DNA of 64,000 nucleotides, from the NCBI RefSeq assembly GCF_030028105.1, contig NW_027278579.1, positions 1-64,000 on the forward strand, written 5' to 3'. The first letter of the stretch is position 1; each line of letters opens with the position of its first letter. A program made the position numbers and the translations under genes. The notes below the pieces were generated by a model. The model did no database searches, was not told the DNA's origin, and worked only from the letters and a program-made list of their open reading frames with translations. Shown in pieces: positions 34,794 through 47,409 of this stretch. The DNA is from Mobula birostris (Eukaryota).

Positions 34794-37700
34794 GTGAATA
34801 CAAACAGATTTTGATCACCTGGAAATTTACAGTACTGTATTATTTTACTGACATTTTGTTCTTGAACCCAATCCCAGTGTCAAGTTAAATCATCCTTGGA
34901 ATCTCTGCTGGAGAAGAAATCTGCCAACCAGGAAGTGGAACAACGACAGAAAGAGAAGATTTCTGGAGTGAGGGTGAGATCTGCTTCCAGTTTAATGGGT
35001 CTGTGTGGTTTATCGAGGCACCCAATTCACGCTGAGCACCAACTCCGCCCCCCCCCCCCAGTTCAACACATGGATGAACAACACAGGCTACCACAGCGTA
35101 CTTCCGTTCTTTGCCCTGTACCTACCATCCACACCTCCACACATCACCTGCTATCCTCCCAATCTTCACCCCGCAGCCCCCACCTTCCACCAACTGTTCA
35201 GTCATCATGGACTCTCCTTCACTACTGAGCAGGTGAGAAGGGCTCTGGGAACTCAGACACGGCAACGCATTGGGACCAGGTGGTGTGAGCCCCAAGGTCC
35301 TGAAGGAGTGTGCTGAGCAGCTGTGTGGAATTCTCCAGCACATTTTCAATCTGAGTCTCAGCCTGGAAAGAGTCCTGACTGTGGAAAACATCATGTGTGG
35401 TCCCAAGTACCTAAGAAGGGCCAAGCAAAAGTCTTGAATGACTACTGTCCAGTGGCCGCGACCTCACACTTCGTGAAGGCTCTAGAGAGGCTGGTCCTGG
35501 CTCATCTCCGACTCCTGGTCAGATCAGCTCTCGATCTCTTGCAGTTTGCCTACCAGGAGCACCTTGGAGTCAACAAATGCTGTCATCTACCTGCTGAACA
35601 GAGCCTACTCCCTTTTGGATATGCAGGACAGCACCGTGAGATCATGTTTTTTGATTTTTCGAGGGCCTTCAATAGCATACAGCCCTCGTTGCTGGGGAAA
35701 AACTCCATTCAATGCAGGTTGGCACTTCCATTGTATCCAGGAGAATGGGCTACCTGACTGCAAGATCACAGATTGTTTGGCTTCAGAGCTGTGTGTCAGA
35801 CGTGGCCATAAGCAACACAGGGGCCCCACAGGGCACTGTAATGGCTCCCTTCCTGTTTACCCTGTCTACCCTGGACTTTACATACAACACTGAGTCATGT
35901 CATCTGCAGAAATTCTCTGATGACTCAGCAACAGTTGGGTGTATAAAGGGAGGATGGGAGGGTGGTGGATGAATACAGGGTCCTGGTGGAGGACTTTGTC
36001 AGGTGGTGCGGGCTGAATCATCTGCAGCTCAGCATCAGTTGGACAAAGGAGATGGTGATGGACTTTAGGAAGACTAATCCTGCACCGCTCCCTGTTACTA
36101 GTGATGGTGAGGAAATGAATGTGGGGAGGACCTACAAGGACGCAAGGGTTCACCTGGATGACAGACTTGAGTGAAGTACCAACACAAAGGCTGTGTATAA
36201 GAAGGGTCAGAGTTGCCTCTACCTCCTGAGGAGACTGAGGTCCTTTGGAGTGTGCAGGCCTCTCCTTCACATGTTCCACCAGTCTGTTGTCGCTGGTACA
36301 ATCTTCTATGCGGTGGTGTGCTGGGGCAATGGGTCAACACGGGTGCTGCCAACAGGCTCAATACACTGATTAGAGAGTCTGGCTCGGTTACTGAAGTCAA
36401 ACTGGACAGAACGGAGGCTGTGTGAAATCCCTGGCGGCTCTGGACAATGTTTCTCACCCTCTGGATGAACAGAGGAGCACTTTTAATAATAGACTGAGAC
36501 AACTGTGCTGCTCCAAAGAGCGCTATGCGACGTCATTCTTACCCCCGGCTATTAAGCTCTATAATGAGTCAACGTATAGCTAGAGGAGTGATGACCCCCT
36601 CCTGTTAGACTGTTTGAGATAATTCTTTTTTATTCTTTATTTCTCTTCTAATATTTGTATATCTGTGCTCTGGTGACACTGTAATTTCCTTTGGTATCAA
36701 TAAAGTATCTGTCTATCCATTTATCTGTCAATCTATATAGTCCTCGTTATTACAGGGTAATATCAACCATCATGTTTCATTTGACAGGAACAGTCACACA
36801 CTATGCAGGCCAACATCACATCTGAATTTGCTAAAATACACCAGGTTCTGGCTGAGAGAGAGCAGCGCTTACTGAGCGATCTCAGGGCAGAGGAGGAGAA
36901 GATTCTGAACGCCATGGAGAAAAATCTTCAGGAGATCGAAGAGAATTTAGCCTCCGTTGAGGAGAAACTCTCCAAGTTACAGGAACAGATGAATGAGGAA
37001 GACAGTGTGATGTTTCTGAAGGTGAGGGATTGTTGTTCAGTGAAAGCCCACAGTCTGTTCTGGAGCAGACCTGCTCTTGTCACCAGCTAATAGATCAAGG
37101 GTCTGTCTGGTCTTCCCCGGGATTGAGTTGCTGGGACCTGCATGCTGAGTTATTGATTACTTTGTGCAGCCGAAATGTAATATTCCCCTGAACCTCGCGT
37201 TACAATCCATTCGCCATCCCTCGCAGTGAGAACGTGGATGTTCAGTCCCAGTCAATTCAGATCTGTGTTTTATTTATTACAGGAGGAATTGTGTCAGGAC
37301 AGGAGGTAGGACAGACCCTTTACTGAAACTCTGCACCGTTTGGTAAATAATAATAAAAATAAATAATAGTTCCAGTGACTTTATAACCCACTGTTTGATT
37401 TTACAGGATTAGTGAGGAAACTCAGACATTGTCTGTAACAGAAGGTGTCATAACCATTGGAAAATTCAGGGACACAATATTGAGAGGAATGTTTGATGCC
37501 ATGAAGCAAGGTAGAGTTTGTATCAATTTCTGTGTTCTGGTTTATTGTAAAAGTGAAAACTGAAGTGGTAATTGTTAAAGCGATCCTGTAGGTAGTGGTA
37601 CTTGTGTGTATGACGATCAACTGGAGTGTGACTCAGACCCTATCTGATCTGATGAAGAATTCCACTAACCTGTGTTTATTTTAGACAAGCAACAACAACT

Positions 37701-40700
37701 CTGTGCTCCCCCCTCTTCCCTCCGTCACCCCTTCCACCCTCTCCCCTCTTCCCCCTCTCCCCTCTCAATAGATATGTTTAAAATCATTGAACTGTATAGA
37801 ATATACATCCTCAAATTCTTTCTCTTCGCAAACATCCACGAAAACAGAGAAATGCCCCAAAGAATGAATGATAGTTAAATGTTAGAACCCCCCCAACTCC
37901 CCCCAACGCATAAGCAGCAGAAAAGCAACGAACCCCTCTCCCCCGCCAGTAAAAAAGCATTGGCACCCCCTCCCCACTGAGCATTCAAGTATGCAGCAAA
38001 GTATCAATAAATTCGCAGACTTGCAGTACCCCAAAGTCTACTCATTCACCCTGTATTCGACATACCACAGGCTCTCTCTCTCACTAATAAGGGAAAAAGA
38101 GGTGTCCCCATTTCACAGCGTGAGGAGAAACTTAACAAAACAACTGGCTGATTCATGGTGGTAAAAATATATCGCATTGTTTTTTCTGAGCTCTGTGTCC
38201 AAAGGACTCGGGTCTCTGGGCACACAGCCAGCAGCCAGCTCACTGCTTACGACCTTCTGTCTCCGACGATGCATCAGGGCGGCAGCACCAGCCTTTGATC
38301 AGACTGTCTCCGGAGTCATGAAAATCTGGCACCCTGAAGGCGTGCTGGTCTTCCAGCCCGCGTCCTTAGCACATCGAGAAGTGGCTGGTCGTGCGGCTCA
38401 GAGAGCGAGTCCTATTTCCACGAACAACCGGAACTGTAACTCCAGGTGTCCTTCGCCCTCCCCCCTCCCCACACTCTCCCCTCGCCCTCACCCTCCCTTC
38501 CCTCTTGCCCTCTCCATCTCCTCCCCTCCCCATGCCCTCTCCTCCCCCTCGCGCTCTCTCTCCTTCTCCTCCCCCTCGCGCTCTCTCTCCTTCTCCCCCT
38601 CATGCTCTCCCTCTCCCTCTCCTCCCCCCTCTGTCACACTCTCCCTCCTTAGATGTTGTCTGACCTGGTGAGGCTTTCCAGCACCCTGTATCCTGGGAGA
38701 ACCCTATCCACATCCCCACACCTCAGGTGCCCCCTCCCCACAACCTCCCTCCAATCCTCAGGATCCGTCTAATTCTGTGCTTCTCCCTCCAGTCTGTGAG
38801 TCCCTGGATGTAGAATCGGCCAGTCCATGCCTCAAAGAGTCTGAGGATCTGAATCGTGTGAGAGGGACTGAGACCCAGATGAGTCTCCCTGACACAGGGG
38901 ACAGGTTAAGACCATAAGACATTGGATTATCAGTTTGTTTTCTGTTCTGGGATTGAAGGGATTCACATCAGGAAGACATCACTGGGAAGTGAAGGTGGTG
39001 GGGAATCTGGGCTGGAGGGTGGGAGTATCCACAGAACCTGCACCCTCTCTGTAGCATGGTACGGTGTCACGAGAGTTAGTGTTACTGCCTCTCAGCTCCG
39101 CAGACCAGAATTCAATAACGGCCTCTGTTGTCTGTGTGGAGTTTGCATGCTCCCCCTGTGACTGTGTGGGTTTCCCTGGGTGATCCAGTTTTCTCCCTCG
39201 TTCCAGGGACCTGCAGGTTGAGGGGGTAATTGGTGGCTGTCAGTTCCCATTGGTGTGTAGGTCAGTGGTAAAAAGAATGGGAGTGTGAGAGAGAATAAGT
39301 GTCAGGGGTACAGGGAAGTGGGGAGAGGGGATATTGGTCTGGTGGGATTGCTCCCCTGAGAGTAGATGTAAAGACCCAGATGGGAGTGTGAGACAGAAAA
39401 CGTTACAGAGAGAGAAATTACTTCAGGGCCACTTTGATAACGGTGTTGTTCACCCTGTGTTTAGTGAGGAGTGCAATGAACCTGGAGACGGGGGAATGAA
39501 ACTGTTGTCTGAGGCTCTGAGGAACCCGGAGTGTAAAATACAGAAACTGGGGTAAGTACAGTCTGTTGATCTTTGTGTGGGTAAAGTTCCATTTCCTGAT
39601 AAACCCCTGTATCACTGTTCAAACCATTGATGGTTACCTGTGGAGATTTACATTGAATCTGTTTGTTTCTCTCTTCTGTTTCCTCTCGGTTCATCAGGTT
39701 GACAGCTGATAGTTCCACATCTGATTTTGAGCACTTCATCTCCACTCTCAGCACAAACCACTCACTGAGAGAGGTGGAGCTAGACCTGAGTTACAATGAA
39801 CTGGGAGATTCAGGAGTGAAACTGTTGTCTGAGGCTCTGAGAAAGCTGAAGTGTAAAATACAGAGACTGATGTAAGTACCAGACTGTGGGGGAATGGGGA
39901 AGATCATCACTCCATCGATCTCCAATTGTTGATGCTGCTGCAGAGCCCCAATAACAAGCTCTCACCTCGGGTTCCATCTGGTCCACTCACTTCCACCTGT
40001 TTACAGTGCAGCTTGTTCACCTCAGGTCACTGTGTGTGTCTGAGGTGGAATCAGCTCTTGAAACACACTGCAGAGTCTATCTCTCTGAGATTAGAGTGGG
40101 GCTGTCTTTACCCATTCCCTGTGGGGACTCAGACACAACAGGAAATTACTGAGCAGTTGGGCACCATCAGTCCCATGGAGGAAGGTGTGACAGAACATGG
40201 ACCCAGACCACAAAGTGTTCAGGGTCAGATTGTGTGTCGAACATTTCTCACTGATGGATTTAAACTTGTTTCAGTGATTCGGTAGCTTTACTTTCCCAAC
40301 CTTTGACCTGGAGCTGGTTTAATATTATCGCTGAACTGTAAACCATTGCAAACCTCAGCTCTCAGTGTGGGGTTTGGAGAATATTCTTGCTGAGATGAAA
40401 CCAGTTTTCAGTGTGGGTGTTTCCCCGAGGCAGCATTGTGTTGGTGTGGTGACCAGGTTGGGATGTACAGTTAACGTAGATGGTGAGTGGAGTCCACCGA
40501 GTTTGGTTCTGTTGGCACAGAATGTCTGGACAGGCGGAGAGGGACTTGTGTCGTCACAGGATGATCTCTGGGATGAATGTGAGGACAACGAGGATATGCC
40601 GGGTTTTTCTGTGGAGACAGGACAAGGGGAGGGAAAGCTGGGGGTGTGGAAGGTTACACTGCCTCACTGTGATTCAATACAGAACACAAGGTCCAGAGTG

Positions 40701-43700
40701 GTGGTGTACTGTGGAGTGGGGCTGGGATGTAGAGGGTGAACACAAATATACAATGTCCCCTGGGTTCTGCCATTTGTTCTGGGGAGATTTGAGTGTTTCC
40801 AGTTCGGAAGGTGCGGTGATGTTTATACTGACTAGTGTCTGATGCTGGACATTGGTGTTATCAGTAATTGTGGGGTTAATAAACACTGAGCATTACTGTG
40901 GGTATTGGTGAAAGTGAGTTTAATAAACCCTGGGATTTAACTTCTCGCTTCTCTCTCTGATCCACAGTCTAGATTCTGTCAATATCACTGCTGCTGGTGT
41001 TGTGGATCTCGCCTCTGCTCTCAGTACAAACCGCTCACTGACAGTGCTAGACCTGGCTTATAATGAACTGGGAGATTCAGGGATGAAACTGGTGTTTGAG
41101 GCCCTGAGGAACCAGGAGTGTAAAATACAGAAACTTGAGTAAGTACCAGACTGAGAGACATTGGGACAGGCCATTTATCTCCACAGCCCGAACAACAGGC
41201 TCTCAGCTCACACTCCATCAGGTCCACTCACAAGTTCAGTGTTAAAGTTTATTGTTCTGGGCAAATCTAACCAGGGTGTAAAAGTTATGAAAATCAGCTT
41301 TTTGTAGCAACAGTACAGATCATTGTAAACATATCAGATATTAATTACACAAGCATAAATTAACATTAATTATACATAAATTACACAATAAAGAAAAAGA
41401 ATTTTAGCGATGTGAGTGAATCTAGTCTGAGATGGAATTAGGGTCTTTCAGATCAGTTCAAGAGAAATGATGGGAGTGGAAGAAGTTGTTGTTGAATCTT
41501 GGAATGTGGGTCTTCAGTCTCCTGTACTTCCTGTCTGATGCCAGCATCGAGAAGAGCGAATTGCCCAGATGGTGTGGGTTCTTGATGATGCATATCACCA
41601 TTTGAGACCTAGAGACAGGGAACAATACAGCACAGGAACAGGTTACTCAGCCCTCAGTGTAGCGCCGAACCAGGTAAAAAGCATATCAAAATCCCCCAAA
41701 GACTAATCCCTCCTTCTTACAAAATGTCCATATCCCTCCATCATCCTGACTTCCATGTGCCTATCCCAACGTTACTCAAAAGCCTCTAATTGTAAACGTC
41801 CATGAGGGTGGGGCAAATGTACCCGAGATACAACCTCTTGTGTTCCTGGGCATTGAAGTTTCACTCCAGGCTGTGAAGCAACTGGTCAGAGTGCTTTTCT
41901 ATGTACATCTGTGGAGGTTTGTCACAGTTTGTGATGACATACCAATCTCCTTAATCTTCAAAGAGAGGGTAGCATGTGTTCTTCATGATTGCCTCTATGT
42001 TCTGGGCCCGTGAGAGACATTGTCACCCAGGAATTTCCTGCTGCTCCCCCTTTCCACCACTGAACCTTCAGGGAGGACTGGTGTTAGTCTGCCTGACCTC
42101 CCCTTCCTAACGTCCACAGTCAGTCCTTAATCTTGTAGATGTTCACTGTGAGGTTGTTCTGATAACACCCCTCAACCAACTGAGCTATCTCACTCTTGTA
42201 CACCACTCCATTAGCATGTGTGAATCTGCCAACAACAGTTTTGTCATTGGTGAATCTGCAGACAGCTTCGGTGCTGTGCTCAGGTACAGAGCTGGTGGTG
42301 TAGAGAGAATAGAGCAGGGGATGAAGCACACAGTGCTCAGGTTTGCCGGTGTTGATGGGGAGTGAGGAGGATGAGGAAGTCAAGGATCCAGTGTGAGGGA
42401 CAGAGGCCCACGAATTGGTGATAGAAGAACAGGCTGACTTATATTTCCAGTTGTCTGGATCATCCAGAACAGGGACGAGAAGGTATCTGCTGTGGACCAG
42501 TTGGGGTGACAGGTAAGTTGAAGGAGGTCAGTTCCTCACCGAATCAGGAGTTGATTTAAAACTTCTCTGAAGGTCGGTGTGTTTTCATCGCAGCCTTTCT
42601 CCTCAGGTCACAGTGTGTGTCTGATACGGAATTGGCTCTTCTGACAGACTACGAGGGCTGTGTGTGTGTAAGGAGAGTGGGGGTGCCTTTATCCTTCTGA
42701 GAGAAACGGAGTCAATAGGACACTGTGATCTGCACTGCAAGGCTGAATATGTTGCAGACAGGAGAGCGTGATCTGTGGTAGACAGAGTATTCACAAATGA
42801 ACAATGTTTCCCACGTTTCTGCTGTTGGTTCCAATGTGAACTGAGTGTTTCTGGGGATCATGGTGTGGTAATGTCTGATGCTGGACATTGGTGTTATCAG
42901 TAATTGTGTTAACAAACACTGATCATTACTGAAAGTGGGATTAAATTACTCATCTCTGTCTGATCCACAGTCTGGAGTCTGTCGGTCTCACAGCTGCTGG
43001 TGTTGTGGATCTCACCTCCGTTCTCAGCACAAACCGCTCATTGACTGAGTTGGACCTGCGTGATAATAAACTGGGAGATTCAGGAGTGAAACTGGTATCT
43101 GAAGCTCTGAGAAACCCAAAGTGTAAATTACAGAAACTGTGGTAAGTACCAGACTCTGATGCATTGGGACAGATCATCATTCCATCAAAGTCCCCAGCCC
43201 GAATAACAGGCCCTCACCTCAGGCTCCATCGGATCCACTCACAAGTTCAGTGTTAAAGTTTATTGTCCAAGGTGTAAATGTTATGAAAGTTACTTTTTGC
43301 AGAAACAGTACAGAACATCACAAACATGTCAGACATCAATTACACAAATTTAAATTAACATTAATTTTACATAAATTACACAATAAAGAAAAACAAACAA
43401 AACCACATTTTGCAGGTTCAGAGAATCCAGTCTGGGATGGAACTAGGGACTTTCAGATCAGTTCAAGAATATGAGGCAGTGGGAAGAAGCTATTGTTGAA
43501 CCTTGGTACGTGGGTCTTCAGGCTCCTGTCCCTCCTGTCTGAGGGACTGGCCCAGATGTTGTGGGTTTCTGATGATACAACCAGTCAGAATGCTTTCCAG
43601 TGTCCATCTGTGGAACTTGCAATACTCTGTGATGACATGCCACTCATTTTCTAAGACATTGGCTCACTTCCTTCACGTTTGACTCTATGTTCTGGGCCCA

Positions 43701-46700
43701 GGAGAGATTCTCTGAGATGTTGTCACCCAGGAACTTGCTGCTGCTCACCCCTCGCTGAGGACTGGTGCTCGTTGGGGGGATAGGTGAATTGAAGGGGGTC
43801 CAGATCCTTCACCAATGCCTTTGAACGAAAAATAGGACGAAAGTTAATGGATTCAGTCCAGTACATCACAGATCAAGCCCTCAACTATTGAGTACATCTA
43901 TGTGAATTGCTGTCATAAGAAAGCAGCATCCATCATCAAAGATCCTCACTGCCCAGGCCGAGCTCTTTTCTCACTGCTGCCATCAGGTAGAAGGTACAAG
44001 AGCCTCAGGCCATGCACTACCAGGTTCAAGAACAGTTACTACCCCACAAACATCAGGCTCTTGAACAAAAAAGATTAACTACACTCATCTATTGAGATGT
44101 TCCCACAACCAATGATCTTCTTTTAAGGAATCTTTATCTTGTTATTTCATTCTCTCATTATCTATTGCTATTTATTTATAGTTGCATTTGAAAAGTTTGT
44201 TGTCTTCTATGCTCTATTTGATATTTCATTGATGCTGTTATAATTACCATTCAATAGATTAGCTGAGTATGCCTGCAGGAAAAAGAATTTCAAGGTTGAG
44301 AATTACAGCAGGACATTGATAGGATGCAAAATTGGGCTGAGAAGTGGCAGGTGAAGTTCAACCCAGATAAGTGTGTGGTCGTTTATTTTGGTAGGTCAGA
44401 TATGATGACAGAATATACCATTAGTGGCAAGACTCTTGGCAGTGTGGAGGATCAGAGGGATCTTGGGGTCTGAGTCCATAGGACACTCAAAATTCCTACG
44501 CAGGTTGACTCAGTGATTGAGAAGGTGAACGGTGCATTGGACTTCATCAATTGTGGGATTGAGTTTAAGAGCCAAGAGGTAATGTTGCAGGTATACAGGA
44601 TCCTGGTCAGACCCCACTGGGAGTACTGTGCTCAGTTCTGGTCGCCTCACTACAGGAAGGATGTGGAGGCCATAGAAAGGGTGCAGAGGAGATTTACCAG
44701 GATGTTGTCTGGATTCAGGATCATGCCTTCTGAGAATAGGTTGTGTGAACTCAGCCTTTCCTCCTTGGAACGACGGAGGATGAGAGGTGACCTGATAGAG
44801 GTGTGTAAGATGATGAGAGGCATTGATCGTGTGGATAGTCAGAGGCTTTTTCCCAGGGCTGAAATGGCTAACACGAGAGGGCATATTTTTAAGGCGCTTG
44901 GAAGTAGGTACAGAGGAGATGTCAGGGGTAAATTTTTTTACGCAGAGAGTGGTGAATGCGTGGAATGGGCTGCCGGCAGTGGTGGTGGAGGTGGAAACGA
45001 TAGGGTCTTTTAAGAGACCCCTGGATAGGTACATGGAGCTTAGAAAAATAGAGGGCTGTGGGTAATCCTAGGTAGTTCTAAGGTAGGGACATGTTCGGCA
45101 CAGCTTTGTGGGCTGAAGGGCGTGTATTGTGCTGTAGGTTTTCTATGTTTCTATGTTGTATGTGGTGACGTGTATGTACTCTGATAATAAAATTTACTTC
45201 GTACTTTGATTTGAGACCTGAAAAGCCCAGAGTGTTTTCAATGGAGCCTGTTCACCTCAGGCCAGATTGTCTGAGGCCTGGGCTTGAGGTGGAAACTACA
45301 CTGGCCGTGTGTGTTGGGAGAGTGGGTCTCCCTTCACCCACATTCCCTGTGGTGACGTGGAGACAATCGGACACTGTGATCTGTCCTATTCTCTCCATGT
45401 GACCACAGGGAATGTGGGAAAAGGGAGCCCCACTCTCCCGACACACACACGGCCAGTGTAGTTTGCACCTCAAGCCCATGCCTCAGACAAGTGGAGTGTG
45501 ATCTGTGATATACGGTGTACCTGCAAGAGTGCAATGTTCCCCAGGTTTCTGCTGTTTGTTCCTGTGTGAACTGAGTGTTTCCAGAGTTCAAGGTACAGTG
45601 ATGTTTATATTCACTGGTGTCAGATGCTGGATGTTGTTGTGGGGTTAGTAAACACTGAGCAATTCCCTGGGATTAAATTTCTCATCTCTCTCTGATCCAC
45701 AGTCTGGTGTCTATCGGTCTCACAGCTGCCGGTGTTGTGGATCTTGCGTCTGCTCTCAGTACAAACTGCTCACTGATGGACCTGGACCTGGGCGATAATG
45801 AACTGGGAGATTCGGGAGTGAAACTGTTGTCTGAGGCTCTGAGGAACCCGGAGTGTAAAATACAAAAACTGGTGTAAGTCCCAGACTGTGAGATGGTGTT
45901 TCTGGGCATTAACACTGTACACTGGGGCAGGTTTTCCATCAGGGCAACAGCAGTTCCGTCTCACTGTCCCGTGATCCTTTACACACGTCCAACAGCCTTA
46001 CTCTGTGTCTGGCTCACACTGACAGAACCTTCATCTGTTCTATAGACTGTGATGCCAATGGGCCCTGTGTCACCACAGTGAGGTGAACGTGGGTATCCAA
46101 AAGGGCAGTGTTCACTTCCTCAGACTCCCCAGTTCACAGGCTGGAAACCTGTGGCAGGGTAAAGCTGGCACAAGTCTGGTGATTCCTGTGGGATCTGTGG
46201 GCAGTGGCAGTGACTGGGGGAACAGTCAGTGACCCCTTTCACTGGAGTTCGTGCAGCCCTGTGGATCTCAATGTTTTCAGCTGTGAGGGTGGGAATGTAT
46301 TTTATTGTTCCCAGATCATGTCATTCCCAAGTTCTACTGAGTGTTTGAGAGACTGACATTCATAACAATTTAATTTCCCTGATAGTACGGTCTCACCTGC
46401 TGAGGAAACCCTTCTGTCAGTTCAGCCAGACACAGAGGATCAGACTGTTACCATAGCTGAACATCCAGGAGTGTCCTAGTGGAAAGTTGTGGAGGGAACA
46501 GTGTGGATCCACAGCAGATGATGGGGAATTTGTGGTCAGCAGGAGATCTGTCAGTGTGATAAACAAGCTCTGGGAATCCCCTGATTCCTCTTATTTCTCT
46601 CCTTTGCAGGCTCAGTTGGACTGGACTCACAGATTCTGGCATTGAGGATCTCGTCTCTGGTCTCATCACAAAACAATCACTGAGGGAATTGGAACTGGAT

Positions 46701-47257
46701 TCAAACTACCTGACAGACCAATCTGTCTCTGTTTTCCGCCACCTTATACTGACCCACCCATGTCTCGAGCAGATTAAGTGAGTGTTTGTGGTAACGTCTA
46801 GTGTGATTAAATATCGGTGAGCCCCTTGGGTGATATTTGTCTGGGAGTGTTGTTGAAATATAAATTTCTGTCCCCTGTTACTAACATTGCTGTGTAATCT
46901 CAAACAGATGAAAATTCTGGAAAACTAAAGCAACACAAAATGCTAAAGGAACTCAGCAAGTCTGGCTGCATTGATGGATAAGAGTAAACAGTTGAAGTTT
47001 CAGGCAAGATCCTTCTTCGAGGACTCCTGATGAAAGGTCTCAGTCCAAATCATTGACAGTTAATGCTTTTCCATAGATACTGCTTGACCTGCTGAGTTCT
47101 TACAGTATTCTGTGTGCGTTGGCATTGTGTAATCTGTGTGTTTCCTCTTTATTCCTCACTCTGTTTCAGACTGTGGGGGAATCTGTTCAGTTCGGATGGA
47201 GAAAACAAGCTGAAGTCACTGGAGGGAACCAGACGAGGACTGAGAGTGATTATCTGA
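34383..47257 (+). CDS. Putative chimeric TRIM-LRR gene copy 1 (RING, B-box 2, coiled coil, PRY stub, RI/NLR-type LRRs), 13 exons, 669 aa
   Basis: Exons 34383-34793, 34878-34973, 36788-37021, 37283-37305, 37407-37510, 38793-38904, 39465-39551, 39698-39871, 40968-41138, 42971-43141, 45703-45873, 46610-46777, 47170-47257 total 2010 nt, all GT-AG, no internal stop. The join depends on a weak AG|GTTAAG donor at 38904. Confidence 0.7.
34878..37510 (+). CDS. TRIM coiled-coil/linker exons (96, 234, 23, 104 bp)
   Basis: Exon-size series typical of RBCC-B30.2 TRIMs; [23 protein letters not shown]. Confidence 0.9.
35012..36738 (+). mobile_element. Rex1-like LINE insertion in TRIM intron 2, absent from copy 2
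   Basis: [47 protein letters not shown]; the flanks are contiguous in the paralogue near 54490. Confidence 0.88.
38793..39036 (+). pseudogene. Disrupted B30.2 (PRY/SPRY) exon; only the first 112 bp are potentially retained
   Basis: [24 protein letters not shown], then in-frame TAA at 38915-38917, then [29 protein letters not shown], truncated by a SINE. Confidence 0.85.
39050..39300 (+). mobile_element. HE1/V-SINE-like SINE at the SPRY truncation point (paralogous copy ~56245-56465)
   Basis: tgtctgtgtggagtttgcatgctccccctgtgactgtgtgggtttcc core. Confidence 0.75.
39465..47257 (+). CDS. Ribonuclease-inhibitor/NLRC3-like LRR exon array (87, 174, 171, 171, 171, 168 bp plus terminal exon)
   Basis: [39 protein letters not shown] repeats, phase 2-2 exons; ends [28 protein letters not shown]. 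Confidence 0.9.
44300..45160 (+). mobile_element. CR1/HER1-like LINE 3' part (Rex1-like fragment just upstream, ~43820-44290)
   Basis: ORF 44513-45013: [42 protein letters not shown]. Confidence 0.88.
45267..45490. repeat. 224-bp fold-back inverted repeat
   Basis: Arms 45267-45373 and 45382-45490 are about 90% complementary by eye, 8-nt loop. Confidence 0.88.
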
Positions 47258-47409
47258 ACATCCTTCTGTGTGTACGTCGCCAAGCCTGGATCAGAACATC
47301 TCTGTCTGATTTCCCACCCTTCCCTTTAATACCGAATGTCCCAACTGGATCCAAGCTAGTGTCCCCTCCCGTTGTGAAGTCAGATGCCTGGATACAGTGT
47401 TGTCATCGA

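Noticed and set aside
38793-39036. Intact TRIM-B30.2 gene
   Set aside because: In-frame TAA at 38915-38917 and loss of most of SPRY in both paralogues
37511-39464. A hidden NACHT or CARD/PYD exon making the LRRs a separate canonical NLR
   Set aside because: No long ORF or Walker A motif; the interval is filled by repeats, the B30.2 remnant and a SINE
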